Assembly (NCBI GenBank): GCA_951406725.2
Contig: OX597825.1
Coordinates: 85,250,001 to 85,314,000, forward strand
Direction: 5' to 3'
Length of the DNA stretch: 64,000 nt
Source: Octopus vulgaris
Taxonomy: Eukaryota
Shown here: in pieces, positions 41,228 to 54,768 of the stretch
Layout: each line of letters opens with the position of its first letter
Numbering within the stretch: the first letter of the stretch is position 1
Program-made: the position numbers and the translations under genes
Notes under the pieces: generated by a model
The model's database searches: none
Seen by the model: the letters and a program-made list of their open reading frames with translations, nothing else
What the model was told of the DNA's origin: nothing

Positions 41228-42863
41228 TGTAGGCGCGCACGTGCGTGTGTGCATAGTTGCTGGGTCAAATCCCAGGCGTGCAAACAATACTCCATTTTGA
41301 TCTCGCTTGAGCTTTCGACAGTATCAGGAACCGATGCTGGCTGAGGTATGTTCTTACTCAAAAGAAAACTAATCCTTCAAATGAAGACCCAACTATATCG
41401 TTGATGTGTTTTCGCCGAACATATCCTCGCTAATTGCGATGACTAACAAGCGATCATGAAAGTTGCTGCTGGACCCAATTGTTCGCTGAAGAGAAAGACG
41501 TGAAAGAAACAAAACTTGTTTGTCCCCAGTTGAGTTGAGCGTTCATTGACTAAACTAAAATTAATAAAGGAATTTAATTTGGGATATCAACAACAACAAC
41601 AACAAGAATACCATTGTTCTACTGAAAGGAAAAATTGCCATCACAGCAATTCCAATGACATCACTCGCCCCGCTAGAACACATTTACCTTATCAAAAAGA
41701 TGGAATATAATCCCTAATATATTTCTCGCTAGCAGTAGTAGTATGAGTAATTGTTGGTGATTCCTTATTGGTGGTGGATGATACCATTGTACTACTCAGG
41801 TGACAACCCTCCAACCCATGAATCTGTTTGGGGTTCGTCGAGGGGTTTACGAGGTGGGGGTGCAAACCCTACCTCGACATCTTTTAGTCACCTTTTATAA
41901 AAGATGAGATGCTCATGGCTTGAAAACATTTCATCAATGAATCTTCTCAATCACGGACTGACCTGGGGCTAAACAACAATGGGAACATCAAAACAAAGGA
42001 TATTAGAGAAAGAAATAGACTCGGGGTTATAAAATGCACTATTAGCGACATAAAGGGGGTTAAAAACGAACATGGTCATAAAGAATAGCAGAATAACAAC
42101 AAATATTTACGCAACATTTACTACATCACGCTCTTCTGAAAAGAAGGGAAAAAACCACATATATGAGACCAAAAAAAGGAAAGAAAATGTCGGAAAAATA
42201 GGAAAGCATAATTGTACTTCAGATTTTGTGAGTGAAATTTATTAGCTATTGTGTTGCGTTTGTTCTGTTTCAAAAGATTTGTTCTTTCTGACTGTAATCA
42301 CACCATTAATCAACCATGTTCTATTGAATTTATATATTATCATAGACAACAGTGTTTAGATGTCTTCAGATTGCTTCCGGCGGCTTTCTTTTTATTTCAT
42401 GTCGGAACATTTTCGCTCAACGTTGATTGGATTAAAACATTTTTAACGTATTTTAATATGTGTCGCTGGTGCCATACTTTTCTTGTCTACGCAAAACTGT
42501 GAAATGTTTCCTGCCAATAATTCAAATTCGCTACAGTTGCAAGTTAAAGTTAAAACCAATGTTTGAAAAGTAACAAAAGTCCACAAATGTTATTATTGCA
42601 ACGTCTGTTAATTTTCTGAGGAGGTGCGGTGTCATAATTGCTTTTCTTCTTTCGTTTGTTGCTATTTAAACACAGGTGAGTCGTGATCAAAGACTTTGAT
42701 CATTGCATCTAATCGACTCATTGTAGAATGTGTCCTACATTTCTAAATAAGATATTCTGCAATTTGGCAACTAGTTTTACCATGTCCGACCCCGTACAAG
42801 TCACCTCATGTGTGGCGTTGATGATGTCCACAATCGTTATTTGATTTTCTACTGGTCCTCTTT

Positions 42864-43161
42864 AGTGAGGTTGCGAGTTCGATTCCAGGACTGAGCTGCA
42901 TGTTGTGTTCATGAGCAAGACACTTTATTTCACGTTGCTCCAGTTCACTCAGCTGTAGAAATAAGTTGTGACGTCACTGGTGCCAAGCTGTATCGACTTT
43001 TGCTTTTCCCTTGAATAACATCGGTGGGTGGAGAAGAGAGCCTGGTATGCAAGGGCGACTGTTGGTCTTCCGTAAAACTACCTTGCGCGGACTTGTGCCT
43101 CGGAGGGTAACTTTCTAGGTGCAATCTCATGGTCAGTCATGACTGAAGGGGGTCTCACCTC
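42864..43161 (+). mobile_element. SINE family C, tail type 2, 5'-truncated, with a 13-bp TSD
   Basis: B-box GAGTTCGATTCC and the family C core. TSD ACTGGTCCTCTTT at 42851-42863 and 43162-43174. Confidence 0.92.
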
Positions 43162-43337
43162 ACTGGTCCTCTTTCACTTATTCTGTAACAGCCATAAAAA
43201 CAATTACCTGCATGTCACTAATTCATAAATCTGAAATTCCGAGTTCAAATGACAGACAGGTAAAAAGTTACTTCTTAGTGGGATACAGAACTATCTGTTT
43301 TTATTTCATTTGAGTTTTGGGTGTGTGTGAGTTGTGT

Positions 43338-43392
<55 letters not shown>

Positions 43393-43700
43393 TGTTTGTG
43401 TGTGTGTGTGTGTGTTCGGGCATCTATGTCTATGTAAACAGACAGACAGATCTTCATTGCCTTTCAATATGATATGAAGCCACGGGACTCCGGAGAAAGG
43501 CTACCCTAGTAGGATGCGAACTGACTTCCTTTTTATACGAAATACCATACCTCAACAATTTCCATTATTTCGATGTCCATATTTCGGAGGAACATGTATC
43601 AGTTTCGCGTGTCATTCCAAGGTTGCGAATCAGTTTTATATGAGAAGTGACCGTCAAATGTCGATAATGATGTAAGGCTCTTCCTTTCTGGCCTTGACAT

Positions 43701-43916
43701 ATTCTTTTCTACTCAAGGCTCAAGGTCCGAAATTTGTGGGGAGGGGCCAGTCGATTAGAACGACCTCAGTACGCAACTAGTACTTAACTTATTGACCCCG
43801 AAAGGATGAAAGGCAAAGTTGACCTCGGCGGAATTTGAGCTCAGAACATAGTGACAGACGAAATACTGCAAAGCATTTTGCTCACCGTGCTAACGATTCT
43901 GCCAGCTCGCTGCCTT
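43701..43916 (-). mobile_element. SINE family A monomer
   Basis: GACCCCGAAAGGATGAAAGGCAAAGTTGACCTCGGCGGAATTTGAGCTCAG...CTAACGATTCTGCCAGCTCGC. Confidence 0.92.
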
Positions 43917-44875
43917 TCTGACCCCCATCATTGACAAGTTTATAGAAGAAAAAAAACTAACGTAAGATTCCCTTGGCCCTCTTCCGCGTGATTTTTAGAA
44001 ACTTCTACGCGAGAAAGAGAGAGAACGAAAGTGAATCGATATTCAATACTCGGCTGGTACTTTATTTATCGATCTTAACCTCCGTAGAAACGATGAAAGA
44101 CAAAGTTGACTTCAACATTTAAACTGAGAACACATATGACCGGAATATATTCCACTGATGCTCTACCGCCTCTGTCTTTTAACTTTAGCTGATACATGTG
44201 AAAGAACGACGTCGCTGGAGAATCGAACACGAATTGCTCGCTCCATCTGATGGGAGCTCGACGCTCCATTCTTTGTAATTGTTTCTCTTCAGGTAATTAG
44301 CATCGGTTCTGGCGGATAAAAAAGAAACAAATTAAGTGAAATCGATGTTTCTGTATTATAGACAGAGCAACATTATCTATTGCAGGAATAAAAAGATAGG
44401 CCTGAGGCATTGCCACATGTGTTCACACACACACACACACGTAGACACACATGCAAACATGTGGTGTGCATGTGCACATACATGTTTATAGACTCGTTCG
44501 TACTTGTGCATACCTGCTGCACACATATACAGCTTGTGCTCACAGTGACACATTGAAATAAAATTAATTTCTCTATTTTCTCGCAACAATACAGTGTTTT
44601 AGTTGTCAGGGAGAAAGAAAAAAAAAACGATGAAAAAGAAGAAAAAGAGGAGAAAAAGAAGTAAAGGAGGAGACGAAAGACTCATATTCGATCGTGTGTG
44701 CTGTAGTATTGATTTGTAATCAAAGCTGAAATATAGGACAGCTGTGACACGTGGAAAAATGGCGTAAAAAGATCAAAAAATGGAAGTTAACATCTGGGAG
44801 TATGTCTAATGAAATTTAATAGTTCGCTCTGCTGGAGTATAGGTGTCGCTCTAGACGGCTAATGAAACTGGAGAA

Positions 44876-45600
44876 CCTACTGCCACCGCTACCACTACCA
44901 CCACTACTATTACTGTTACTACTACTACTACTACTACTACAAACACCAGTAATTTTAGTATTTATACTACCACCACTACTACTACTTCTACAAACACCAT
45001 ACTACTACTACTGCTACTACTACCACCAAAACACGCACTATTACATCTAATACAGCAAATACCAGTACTTTTACTACTACCAATATCACCACAAGCACTA
45101 TTACTACAACTACTACTACTATTACTACTACTACTACCACTGGTACTGTTACTACTACTACTACTACTACTATTACTACTACTGCCACTGCTACTATTAC
45201 TACTACCATTACCAACACTACTACGACAAGTACATTTACTACTACTACTACCACTACTACTACTACCACTACTACTACTACACGCACCAATATTTTATTA
45301 CTACTACTACGAGTACCACCACCACAGGTACTATTACATCTACAACCACAAACACCATTTTGTTTACTACTACTAGCACTACCACTACCACCTAAACACC
45401 ATTAGTACTACCTGCATAGTTACTATATCAACAACATCTAAAGTTACAACTACTACCTACACTAGTATGAGCACTAGCAGGAACTACCTCACCAGCAGCA
45501 CCACCACCACGACCACCACCAGCTTTGATCCTGCTACCACTTCTACAACCACCACTACCATTACTACTGCTGCTACCAAACTAACCACCGATAAAATCAA
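44876..45600. repeat. Degenerate (ACT/ACC)n tract
   Basis: The poly-Thr reading is broken by frameshifts and stops; CAAACACCA recurs as a sub-motif. Confidence 0.8.
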
Positions 45601-45934
45601 CACCCCGTATACAAGACCCTCTGTCACCACCAACTACAACATCAGCCACAACATTAGGACAACCGCAAGGAGCGTTATGAGAGAGCCAATAAGGAAAACT
45701 TCAAGAGGAATGGGAATTAGGGCGACACCAATTCTATCCCGTCATTCCGTATTACATGCAAATGTCGTTTCGTCATTAAATGATTGTTTCTGTAGAACTT
45801 TGGTGAAATTAGGACATGCTCATGGTAATTGGAACGTATACGTAATTCTCTCTCTCTCTCTCTCTCTCTGTTTCCCTCTGTTTCTCTCTCTCTCTGTCTG
45901 TTTCTCTCTCTCTCTCTCACTGTATAAATATGTG

Positions 45935-46118
<184 letters not shown>

Positions 46119-46414
46119 TATACATATATATCAACAACAGACCAGAGTAGAAACTACTCTGACAAGTGAAGTTAATCGCCTCATCAAAGTGACTGTTCCA
46201 TGTTTCTACTAGTTTAACCCCATTCGCCATGTTGGACCGCTGAATTCTTCAAGTTTTTTTTTTCTTTCTCTGTAATTCATGTAAATGTCTATCTTAAACA
46301 ATTCTGTATCTTCCCTATCATACGATGTGGTTGGATGATAAGGTACTTTATCTGAGTAATAAGTTACCTGCACGGATTCCATACTCCTATTCTTTTGCGT
46401 TATACATACACTCA

Positions 46415-46447
<33 letters not shown>

Positions 46448-46796
46448 GGACGAGTACAACATTACACAAGGAAGTGCTCAATGCGTTATCGTTGTAGAGT
46501 AGTCGCTATATCTTTTATTCTTCAGGTGATACCGTACAAATGTTGAATTGTTTCAATACATTCTTGTATTCCTCCAGAAGCCAGGATGGCATTATGTTCT
46601 GATTACATTAAGAGGAAGACAAGTGGATCTGGAATATTTTGACATTTATGGTGATATTCAACGAGGAACTGGTTCACTAGTTCGAACAACCAGTAGAGAC
46701 ACATCGATGAAACAGTCACGGAATTCATGCACTTTGGTTTTACGAGGACATTAATATATACACATAAACACTTATGAATACATACATACATACATA

Positions 46797-46899
<103 letters not shown>

Positions 46900-47343
46900 T
46901 GTATGTAGGTATATTTGTATGGTTGTAAATGTGTGTATACGAATATATGTGTAGAATAAATATATGTGTGTTTCAATTTCTTGCGTTTCTCTGAGACAAT
47001 TATTCAGGCACGAACTATAATATTATGACAAGAAGTCGACATAACGGCCAAGATGTCATCTTATAAATTTTGATTGTTCCACTTTGAATTTACAAGACAG
47101 ACAAGCAGATGCCAAAGGCCAAATTCAAAGGAAGACAGAAGTCTAGCTCACGGGTGGGTGTGTGGGTGTGTACGTGTGTGTGTATGTGTGTTTGCGTGCA
47201 TGTGTGTGTGTGCCTCTGTCTGTTTCTTTGCAACATGGTGTGTTTTAGAAAATCTAACGTCAATTACATACACACACACATGTATATATATTTAAATATA
47301 TAGATATATGCGTGTGTTTGTGTGTGTGCTGTATGTAAAAGGG

Positions 47344-47438
<95 letters not shown>

Positions 47439-47483
47439 GTATGTGAGTGTATTCATATATACATATATATGCTTGTGAATGTA

Positions 47484-47514
<31 letters not shown>

Positions 47515-47692
47515 TGAACGTGTACTGAACTCACTATCCATTATCATTCTCACATTTTCTACTCAAATTTATGTTGTGATCAATATTCCTGTGTTTGCCA
47601 ATACAAGACTCCTCGCAGCGTACACTACATAATGAAACCTAAATTGTAAAACCAACTCTAAAATGAATGTACAAACTTTTACATATGCACAA

Positions 47693-47723
<31 letters not shown>

Positions 47724-47757
47724 CATGCTTACACACATAAAAGCATATGTACCTATA

Positions 47758-47820
47758 CTCTCTTACTCTTTTACTTGTTTCAGTCATTTGACTGCGACCA
47801 TGCAGGAGCACCACCTTTAG
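47758..47820 (-). mobile_element. SINE family B, 3'-terminal fragment
   Basis: CTCTTTTACTTGTTTCAGTCATTTGACTGCGACCATGCAGGAGCACCACCTTTAG. Confidence 0.85.
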
Positions 47821-48290
47821 TCGTCCTTCAGCAACAGCACCACCTGATAAGCTCAGTGACTTTTACTGAATTTAGGCCACAGCAGACAGAGAGGATGGTC
47901 TTGAAGCTGAGGATTTTGAAATTACTGAGAAAATATTTACATATCTTCCGGGGAAACTCAACTAGATCTCGTAATGCATAGTCAAGTACCTGTTGCATAG
48001 TCAAGTACCTGCACACCTGGAGAACTAAGTTGCATAGAAACAATTGTAGTGATTAAATAGTAAATGTCCAACCGTACTCCTTCTTGCTGACTGCAAGCTT
48101 TTTCCAATTATCTATCCATACACGACAGATGCCCAAGCGCAAACCTGGAAGTACATATAATACTACTTCTGGATAGCACAGGTAAATCTGGAGGTAGACA
48201 AACTCTACATTGTATTCTACTACGTTCTTACCAGAATAGACCATAACTATATATATATAAGTATATGCACACACATATGCATATGAATAT

Positions 48291-48349
<59 letters not shown>

Positions 48350-48996
48350 TATACACACACACATATAAATATGTATATATTCATACGCATTATATATGTT
48401 CTATATATATATATATACATACATACATACATGCATGCATACACGTTTGCGTGTAGATACGTGATTATGGTTATGTATATAATGAGTGAGAGAGAAAGAG
48501 CGAAAGAGAACTGGCATGTATATATACTCCAAGGTATACACATTTATTAATAAAATATATCAGATTGACAGTCATTCAAGTCAATCGTGCCTCATTTTCT
48601 TTACATATTTCAAAAAATTTATTCATACTTTTTAGATTCTTCCATAATTGTAACTAGGTTTTTTTTCTTTGTATTTTCGCATTTTTTTTGTTACATAGAA
48701 TCTTGACAATTGTTAAATAAATTGCCAGAAATTCTTTATAAACTTTCTGAGATTTTTCCATATGTATAGTTTTCCTTTTTTTATTTTTTTTCAATTTCTC
48801 TCTGTGCATGATGGAAACAATTTAATCATTGATTTTAAACCTATTCCAGTGAACATTAACCTTCTAATGTGTCATATTTATTGAATTACGTTATTTCAGC
48901 CACGTATAATCAAAACCTTATGTTAACGTTTGAAATACTTGTACTGACATCCTTGTACTGTTTTCCGACAATCAAAAGTAACCCCTTCGTCTAACA

Positions 48997-49331
48997 CAAG
49001 GGTTCCAACACTTATTTTGCTTGTGGACCCCTTGAGAGCTATCTTATCATTTGTGCACCCCATATATGGACATGTTAATTTTTGAAATAAAATATTTGTA
49101 GGTTAGTAAAAACTAACAATGAAACAATTTCATTATATTCATAACTGAAATTCCAAATAGAAATCTTGAAAATTTCAATTAATACAGGGTACCTCTCCCA
49201 GTAAACAAAAGTTATATATGGACCCATGAATTACAACGTTTTACTCGTGGATCCCTTAAAGATTCTGTGGACCCTCTTAAATATTATGTGGACCTCTGGG
49301 AGTCAATGTGGACCCCGGTTGGAAATTCTTG
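48997..49331. mobile_element. hAT (Charlie-like) MITE
   Basis: Termini CAAGGGTTCCAAC / GTTGGAAATTCTTG; flanking 8-mers GTCTAACA / GTCTAAAT (NTCTAGAN-like); multiple subterminal GTGGACCC motifs. Confidence 0.75.
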
Positions 49332-49825
49332 GTCTAAATCTATTGAAATGCTTCCCTTCTTGATTAGAATTTTTCTTCTTAGAGTCGAAACCATAGTGAT
49401 TTCTAATACAGCAGCTAATGAAGGGGGTGTCCAGCTTAAATATTGTTGTGATATTTGTGCAGTTGTTTACACATTCTCCCTTTTTCCTCGACTAAAACTA
49501 TTTTAAGTCCTTCAGCATACTAATGTTACCTCTGACTGCAATACTAATTGTTTCAGCTTCTTCCATTGCTTGTTATGGCACCAGATAGAATTTATTTGAT
49601 TCTAATGTGTCTTATTTTTATATTATGGTTTTTAAAGGTTTTATATTTAATTAGATCAAGGGCAGATAATTAGTTGGTTGTTAGCATTAGTTCATCAGAA
49701 ATTTAGTGAGGTATAGGATTTAGTGGATTAGGTATTTACTAGAAATTTTGGTGAATATTTGAAACAAGTATGCACATACACATACATATATTCATTAGCA
49801 CATAGACACAGCAAGCACTCATACT

Positions 49826-49885
<60 letters not shown>

Positions 49886-50291
49886 AGAGTATAGAAATAT
49901 ACTTAAAATATCTAATTTTAAAAACTTTGAAATCTGTTGATTCAATTCAATATCCCAGAAAGAGTTGAGAAAAGCTAAAATTCTGTTGAATTTGTGTGAC
50001 GCAAGTCTATTTAGACGCAATCCAGTCTAGTTCTACCGAGTCTGGTTTCAGTCTATCGCACTTATCTCATTAAGAACCACCCTAAAAAATTTCTTCACCG
50101 CGAGATGGTAAAACGAAGACAAGAGAAAGGAAAACTGAGGCAACAGCTACAACATCGGCACCAGGTCCCACTTTGCCTTTCATTTTCTGGGACGGCGATG
50201 AAACAAATACCATTGGATCACTGTATTTGACCAAGGGCCTCGCTCAAAATTGCAGGGTTCTTGCCTATAGTAGAAAGGATTATTTTTATTA

Positions 50292-50352
<61 letters not shown>

Positions 50353-50683
50353 CAATTTATCTTCTCGGGAAGATAATTGCCAAGTTCGATTTGCGCGGCA
50401 TAAAATACGCCATTAATGCATGTAAACAATTTGAGGAGAGGAAACAAAACAATGATAGAATTATGTAATCCTGCAATCAACAGACACATTTCTCAAATCC
50501 CTGGCAAAATCAAAATCATCATAATGTGCCCATAATGACTGCATCTACCGGGTTTCAAATGACATTCACCCATCGCAAATAGATGCAGCTTCTATATATC
50601 TTTTAATTCTCGCTTTCGTTTCAGAATCCTTTCTTCTTCAAGCATTCATACGTCGAAATCGGCGCGGGAGTTAGCATTTTTAC

Positions 50684-51509
50684 GCGGCGAGCTGGCAGAA
50701 TCGTTAGCACGCCGGGCGAAATGCTTGTGGTATTTCGTCCGCCGCTGCGTCTGAGTTCAAATTCCGTCGAGGTCGACTTTGCCTTTCATCCTTTCGGGGT
50801 CGATTAAATAAGTACCAGTTACGCACTGAGGTTGATGTAATCGACTTAATCCGTTCGTCTCTCCTCCTTTGTCCTCTCTGTGTGTAGCCCCATGTGAGTA
50901 GTAAAGAAATAGGTATTCCATCTGTCTCTAAGTTCTGAGGTCAAACTCCGCCGAGGTCCATTTTGCCTTTCATCCATGCGGGGTTGATAATTCAAGTACT
51001 ACTTACTCACTGGGGTCGATGTAATCGATTATCCCCCTCTCCACATAATCCAGGTCTTATGCCTATAGTAGAAAGGATTAATTACTTCCAAAGGCAGTGA
51101 ACTTGTAGAAACGTTAGCACGCCAGGTGAAATGCTTAGCGGTATTTCATCTGTCGTTACGTTCTGAGTTCAAATTCAGCCGAGTTCGACTTTGACTTTCA
51201 TCCTTTCGGGACGATAAATTAAGTACCAGTTGCGTACTAGGGTCGATGTAATCGACTGGCCCCCTTCCCCAAAATTCCGGGCCTTGTGCCTAGAGTAGTA
51301 AAGAATCGTTATCATACCGAGCGAAACGATTAGCGGTATTTCGTCAGCCGCTATGTTCTGAGTTCAAATTCCGCCGAGGTCGACTTTGCCTTTCATCGTT
51401 TCGGGGTCGATAAATCAAGTACTAGTTACGCACTGGGGTCGATGTAATAGACTAGTCCCCTCCATTAAAATTCCAGGCCTTGTGCCTATAGTCGAAAGGT
51501 TTATTATTT
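50684..51509 (+). mobile_element. Tandem array of SINE family A (dimer + monomer + head-fused monomer; four core copies)
   Basis: Heads at 50684, 51091 and ~51304. The core GAGGTCGACTTTGCCTTTCATC occurs at ~50769, ~50953, ~51181 and ~51376. Confidence 0.95.
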
Positions 51510-51769
51510 ACCTCTCTCCGTGCAATTCATGTTTTTGTCGAGTCCTGTAAGTTACGAAAATGTTCCTATAGTTTGGCATTGTAGGATTTTGTTATTCTTC
51601 ATTGTGCTTCTTGCTGATTAATTTATCCCTAATTACAGGTATTGCTAATTAATACGCTCATAATTAGATGGCACATTTAGCTAGGAGATACATAATTAAA
51701 GGGATACTACTTAATAACATTCACAAAATTAAAGTATATTACTAATATATACACATCTAATTGGGACTC

Positions 51770-51887
<118 letters not shown>

Positions 51888-52539
51888 TAGCATTAAAATG
51901 AACATAGCTAAAAGGTCTTACAAATAATGTGTTTGTGCCTGTGTATGCGTTTGTGTGTGTGTGTATGTGTGTGCATATAGGGTGTTATTCTATATTACTA
52001 ATTAATATATACACCACCCTAGAGGCCGATGTTAACGTATGTATACACGATGTCCGTGCGTTGTTTACATTAGTTTTCATGGTAGAATTTAATATTTGAA
52101 ATTCTCTCTCCAGAAACTCCTCCCACTCCTCCCACTCTTCTTCTTCCTCCTCCTCCCCTCCTTGCCTCCTCCTCCTGACTTCCACTGATTAAATCTGTAT
52201 TTTCTTTCGCATCACTCTGGCGAAATATCTAATTAACTCCAGAAAAGAGCAAATGCAAAAATGATATTCTCTCTTTCTTTATTTTTTTCTATTTGTATTT
52301 ATTTCGTTTCCTAATGATTTTTTAAATGATATTATATAGTTTTAAACTCATTAATATAATTGTGGAGTCTCTTTTTTTCTTATTTCTTTTTATTTATTAA
52401 TTAATAGAAGAATGAAGAATGCCTCCAGGGCACCAACTATGACGTCACCTTCAACTAACCATATAAGGAGGAGCTCATATCGGTCTAACATGGCCTGGTG
52501 TTATCCACACACTTATTGATTTCGTTTAACGATTTAATG

Positions 52540-52770
52540 ATGTAGGTGGACAAATATCAACGCGTGAAGATAGATATTGTAACATGTTGGTATTATGAGA
52601 AAGATAAAAGAGTGCTCACAAAGTTTGCAACATATCCTTTTCGAGGTGGTCATATTGATGCGGTTGGTGGTCAATATGGACATCGGCTGGATTCTTTTCT
52701 CGCTGGTATTAAACGATAATCCGGCACTGAACTCTTCTAAAGCCCATTGGAGAAACAGATAATTGTATCA
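52540..52770 (-). mobile_element. Possible PLE endonuclease C-terminal remnant
   Basis: Minus translation ...SILTTNRINMTTSKRICCKLCE resembles the PLE W.I.......Y...SK.C.LC motif; weak. Confidence 0.3.
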
Positions 52771-52813
52771 CGTACGGGTATATATACATATATATACAGG
52801 TATAAAAACATAC

Positions 52814-52871
<58 letters not shown>

Positions 52872-52957
52872 TTAGGGAGTATAACTCCAAACTTACAGAG
52901 AAAAATTCAATTTAGTACTGAGTTGCATAATAGTGGTTTTATCTCTAATTTATATTT

Positions 52958-53038
<81 letters not shown>

Positions 53039-53258
53039 TAAGGGTGAGAGAATTAGATACTAATTTAATAGCATATCTATTCAACACCAAGTGGCCCAGT
53101 GCCTCGAGAAACCTGGATTATTATAATATTTTATAATATATTATAATATTTTATACAAAAATAAATATAAGAGAATAGGAAACATGTATTTTTGTGGTTG
53201 AAACCTTTTGGATTTTCTAGTGCTAGAATGAGCCACATAGTGACCATTCTCTTATATT

Positions 53259-53309
<51 letters not shown>

Positions 53310-53317
<8 letters not shown>

Positions 53318-53530
53318 AAATGTGACCGCGTGTGTACCGTTGGCGATTTTTTTTCCTCTGTCTTCCCTTCTCTGGATCTTTCCTTCTCCTATGTTTCCGA
53401 CGAAGAGCTCCAATCGAAACGTTAAACCCTCCTTCTTCCCTTCCTTCCTTCCTGAGCGTCCAATAATACTGTATTTGTTCCACGTCCTCGCGTTGTAGTG
53501 TTTTCTCTCTGTGTTTTCATGTTTGGATTA

Positions 53531-53534
<4 letters not shown>
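53310..53534 (+). mobile_element. 225-bp element between (TA)n tracts carrying a minimal hammerhead motif (PLE pLTR-like)
   Basis: Flanked by (TA)n on both sides; hammerhead motif at 53393-53427. Confidence 0.7.
53393..53427 (+). ncRNA. Minimal type I hammerhead ribozyme (dimer-type), variant core
   Basis: GTTT-CCGACGA-A-GA(GCTCCAA)TC-GAAAC-GTT-AAAC: stem I GTTT/AAAC, core with U4C, short stem II, palindromic AACGTT stem III. Confidence 0.6.
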
Positions 53535-53583
<49 letters not shown>

Positions 53584-53700
53584 GAGGGCATTATTATACA
53601 TAGATGCCACACGCTTAGAGGGACAAAAAGTCATTTCTACCAAAAAATTTTACTAATCCCACCGAATGCAATCTTTCAAAGCAAGACATTTAAAAGATAT

Positions 53701-53749
53701 AGACTTGTATCACCTGTGATTTCGTACTTACGTACTCCTCAGCAAGCCT
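53701..53749 (-). ncRNA. Type I hammerhead ribozyme (minus-strand copy)
   Basis: Exact reverse complement of 53878-53926. Confidence 0.9.
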
Positions 53750-53877
53750 GAACGTATCATAAATAAACGACCCTGTCTCGTCGAAGCCAAGCAACTAACT
53801 GTTCAACGTCAACGAAGCACGTGGGGGAGTTTACATATATTACATCCGGTAAATTACATCGTTTTTATGATACGTTC

Positions 53878-53926
53878 AGGCTTGCTGAGGAGTACGTAAG
53901 TACGAAATCACAGGTGATACAAGTCT
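53878..53926 (+). ncRNA. Type I hammerhead ribozyme
   Basis: Stem I AGGCTTG/CAAGTCT; core CTGAGGA; stem II GTAC-GTAA-GTAC; GAAA; stem III TCAC-AG-GTGA; AUA cleavage triplet (predicted cut after 53919). All conserved core nucleotides are present. Confidence 0.9.
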
Positions 53927-54169
53927 ATATTTTTTAAATGTCTTGCTTTGAAAGATTGCATTCGGTGGGATTAGTAAAATTTTTTGGTAGAAATGACTTT
54001 TTGTCCCTCTTAGCGTGTGGCATCTATGTATAATAATGCCCTCTATATATAAATTAATATGTTCAATAAGAAAGAATTATTTTCGAAATTTTTCTCTTAT
54101 GAGGTTTTTCATGTTATCTACCTGATAATTTCTTATTAAGATTCCTTATTAAGAAGTTGTCCTTAATTG

Positions 54170-54231
<62 letters not shown>

Positions 54232-54604
54232 AAAGAAGGAATGTATTTCCACATGCGGGGAAAATATGTGAGAATTTGTTGTTGAAAACGCACCTGAATT
54301 TGAAAAACTTTTAATTATTTTTAAATAAATTCGTTTATATACATAGCAAATTAGTTTCAACAGTTTTTTCTCTATCAATGTAGTGTAAACGTTTGGGATT
54401 TTAAAAGTTTTAAAAGTTTTAGCTGACCCCTGATTATAATTATGTTTATAATTATAAACTATTTGTATAATTTTACCTAGAAATGCTATTTCAACGTACC
54501 AAGCTACATGGTTAAATTATTAATTAATTGATTGATTGATTAATTAATTTAATTGATTAATTTTACCCATTTATTATTAATTTGAAATTGCATATATATA
54601 TATA

Positions 54605-54733
54605 TGCGTGTGTGTGTGTGTGTATATAGATATATAGATATAGTTATACACATGCTATAACACTTGTGCGTGCGTGTGTGTGTGTGTGTATAGATATATA
54701 GATATAGTTATACACATTCTATAACACTTGTGC

Positions 54734-54768
<35 letters not shown>

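Larger units (their letters stand above)
53575..54052. repeat. Near-perfect inverted repeat: ~189-bp arms (53575-53763, 53864-54052) with a 100-bp spacer
   Basis: The arms are reverse complements with two mismatches found by eye. Confidence 0.97.

Noticed and set aside
47820-48245. EITEKIFTYL resembling the RTE 'F.YLG' motif
   Set aside because: A single short motif followed by a stop; insufficient.
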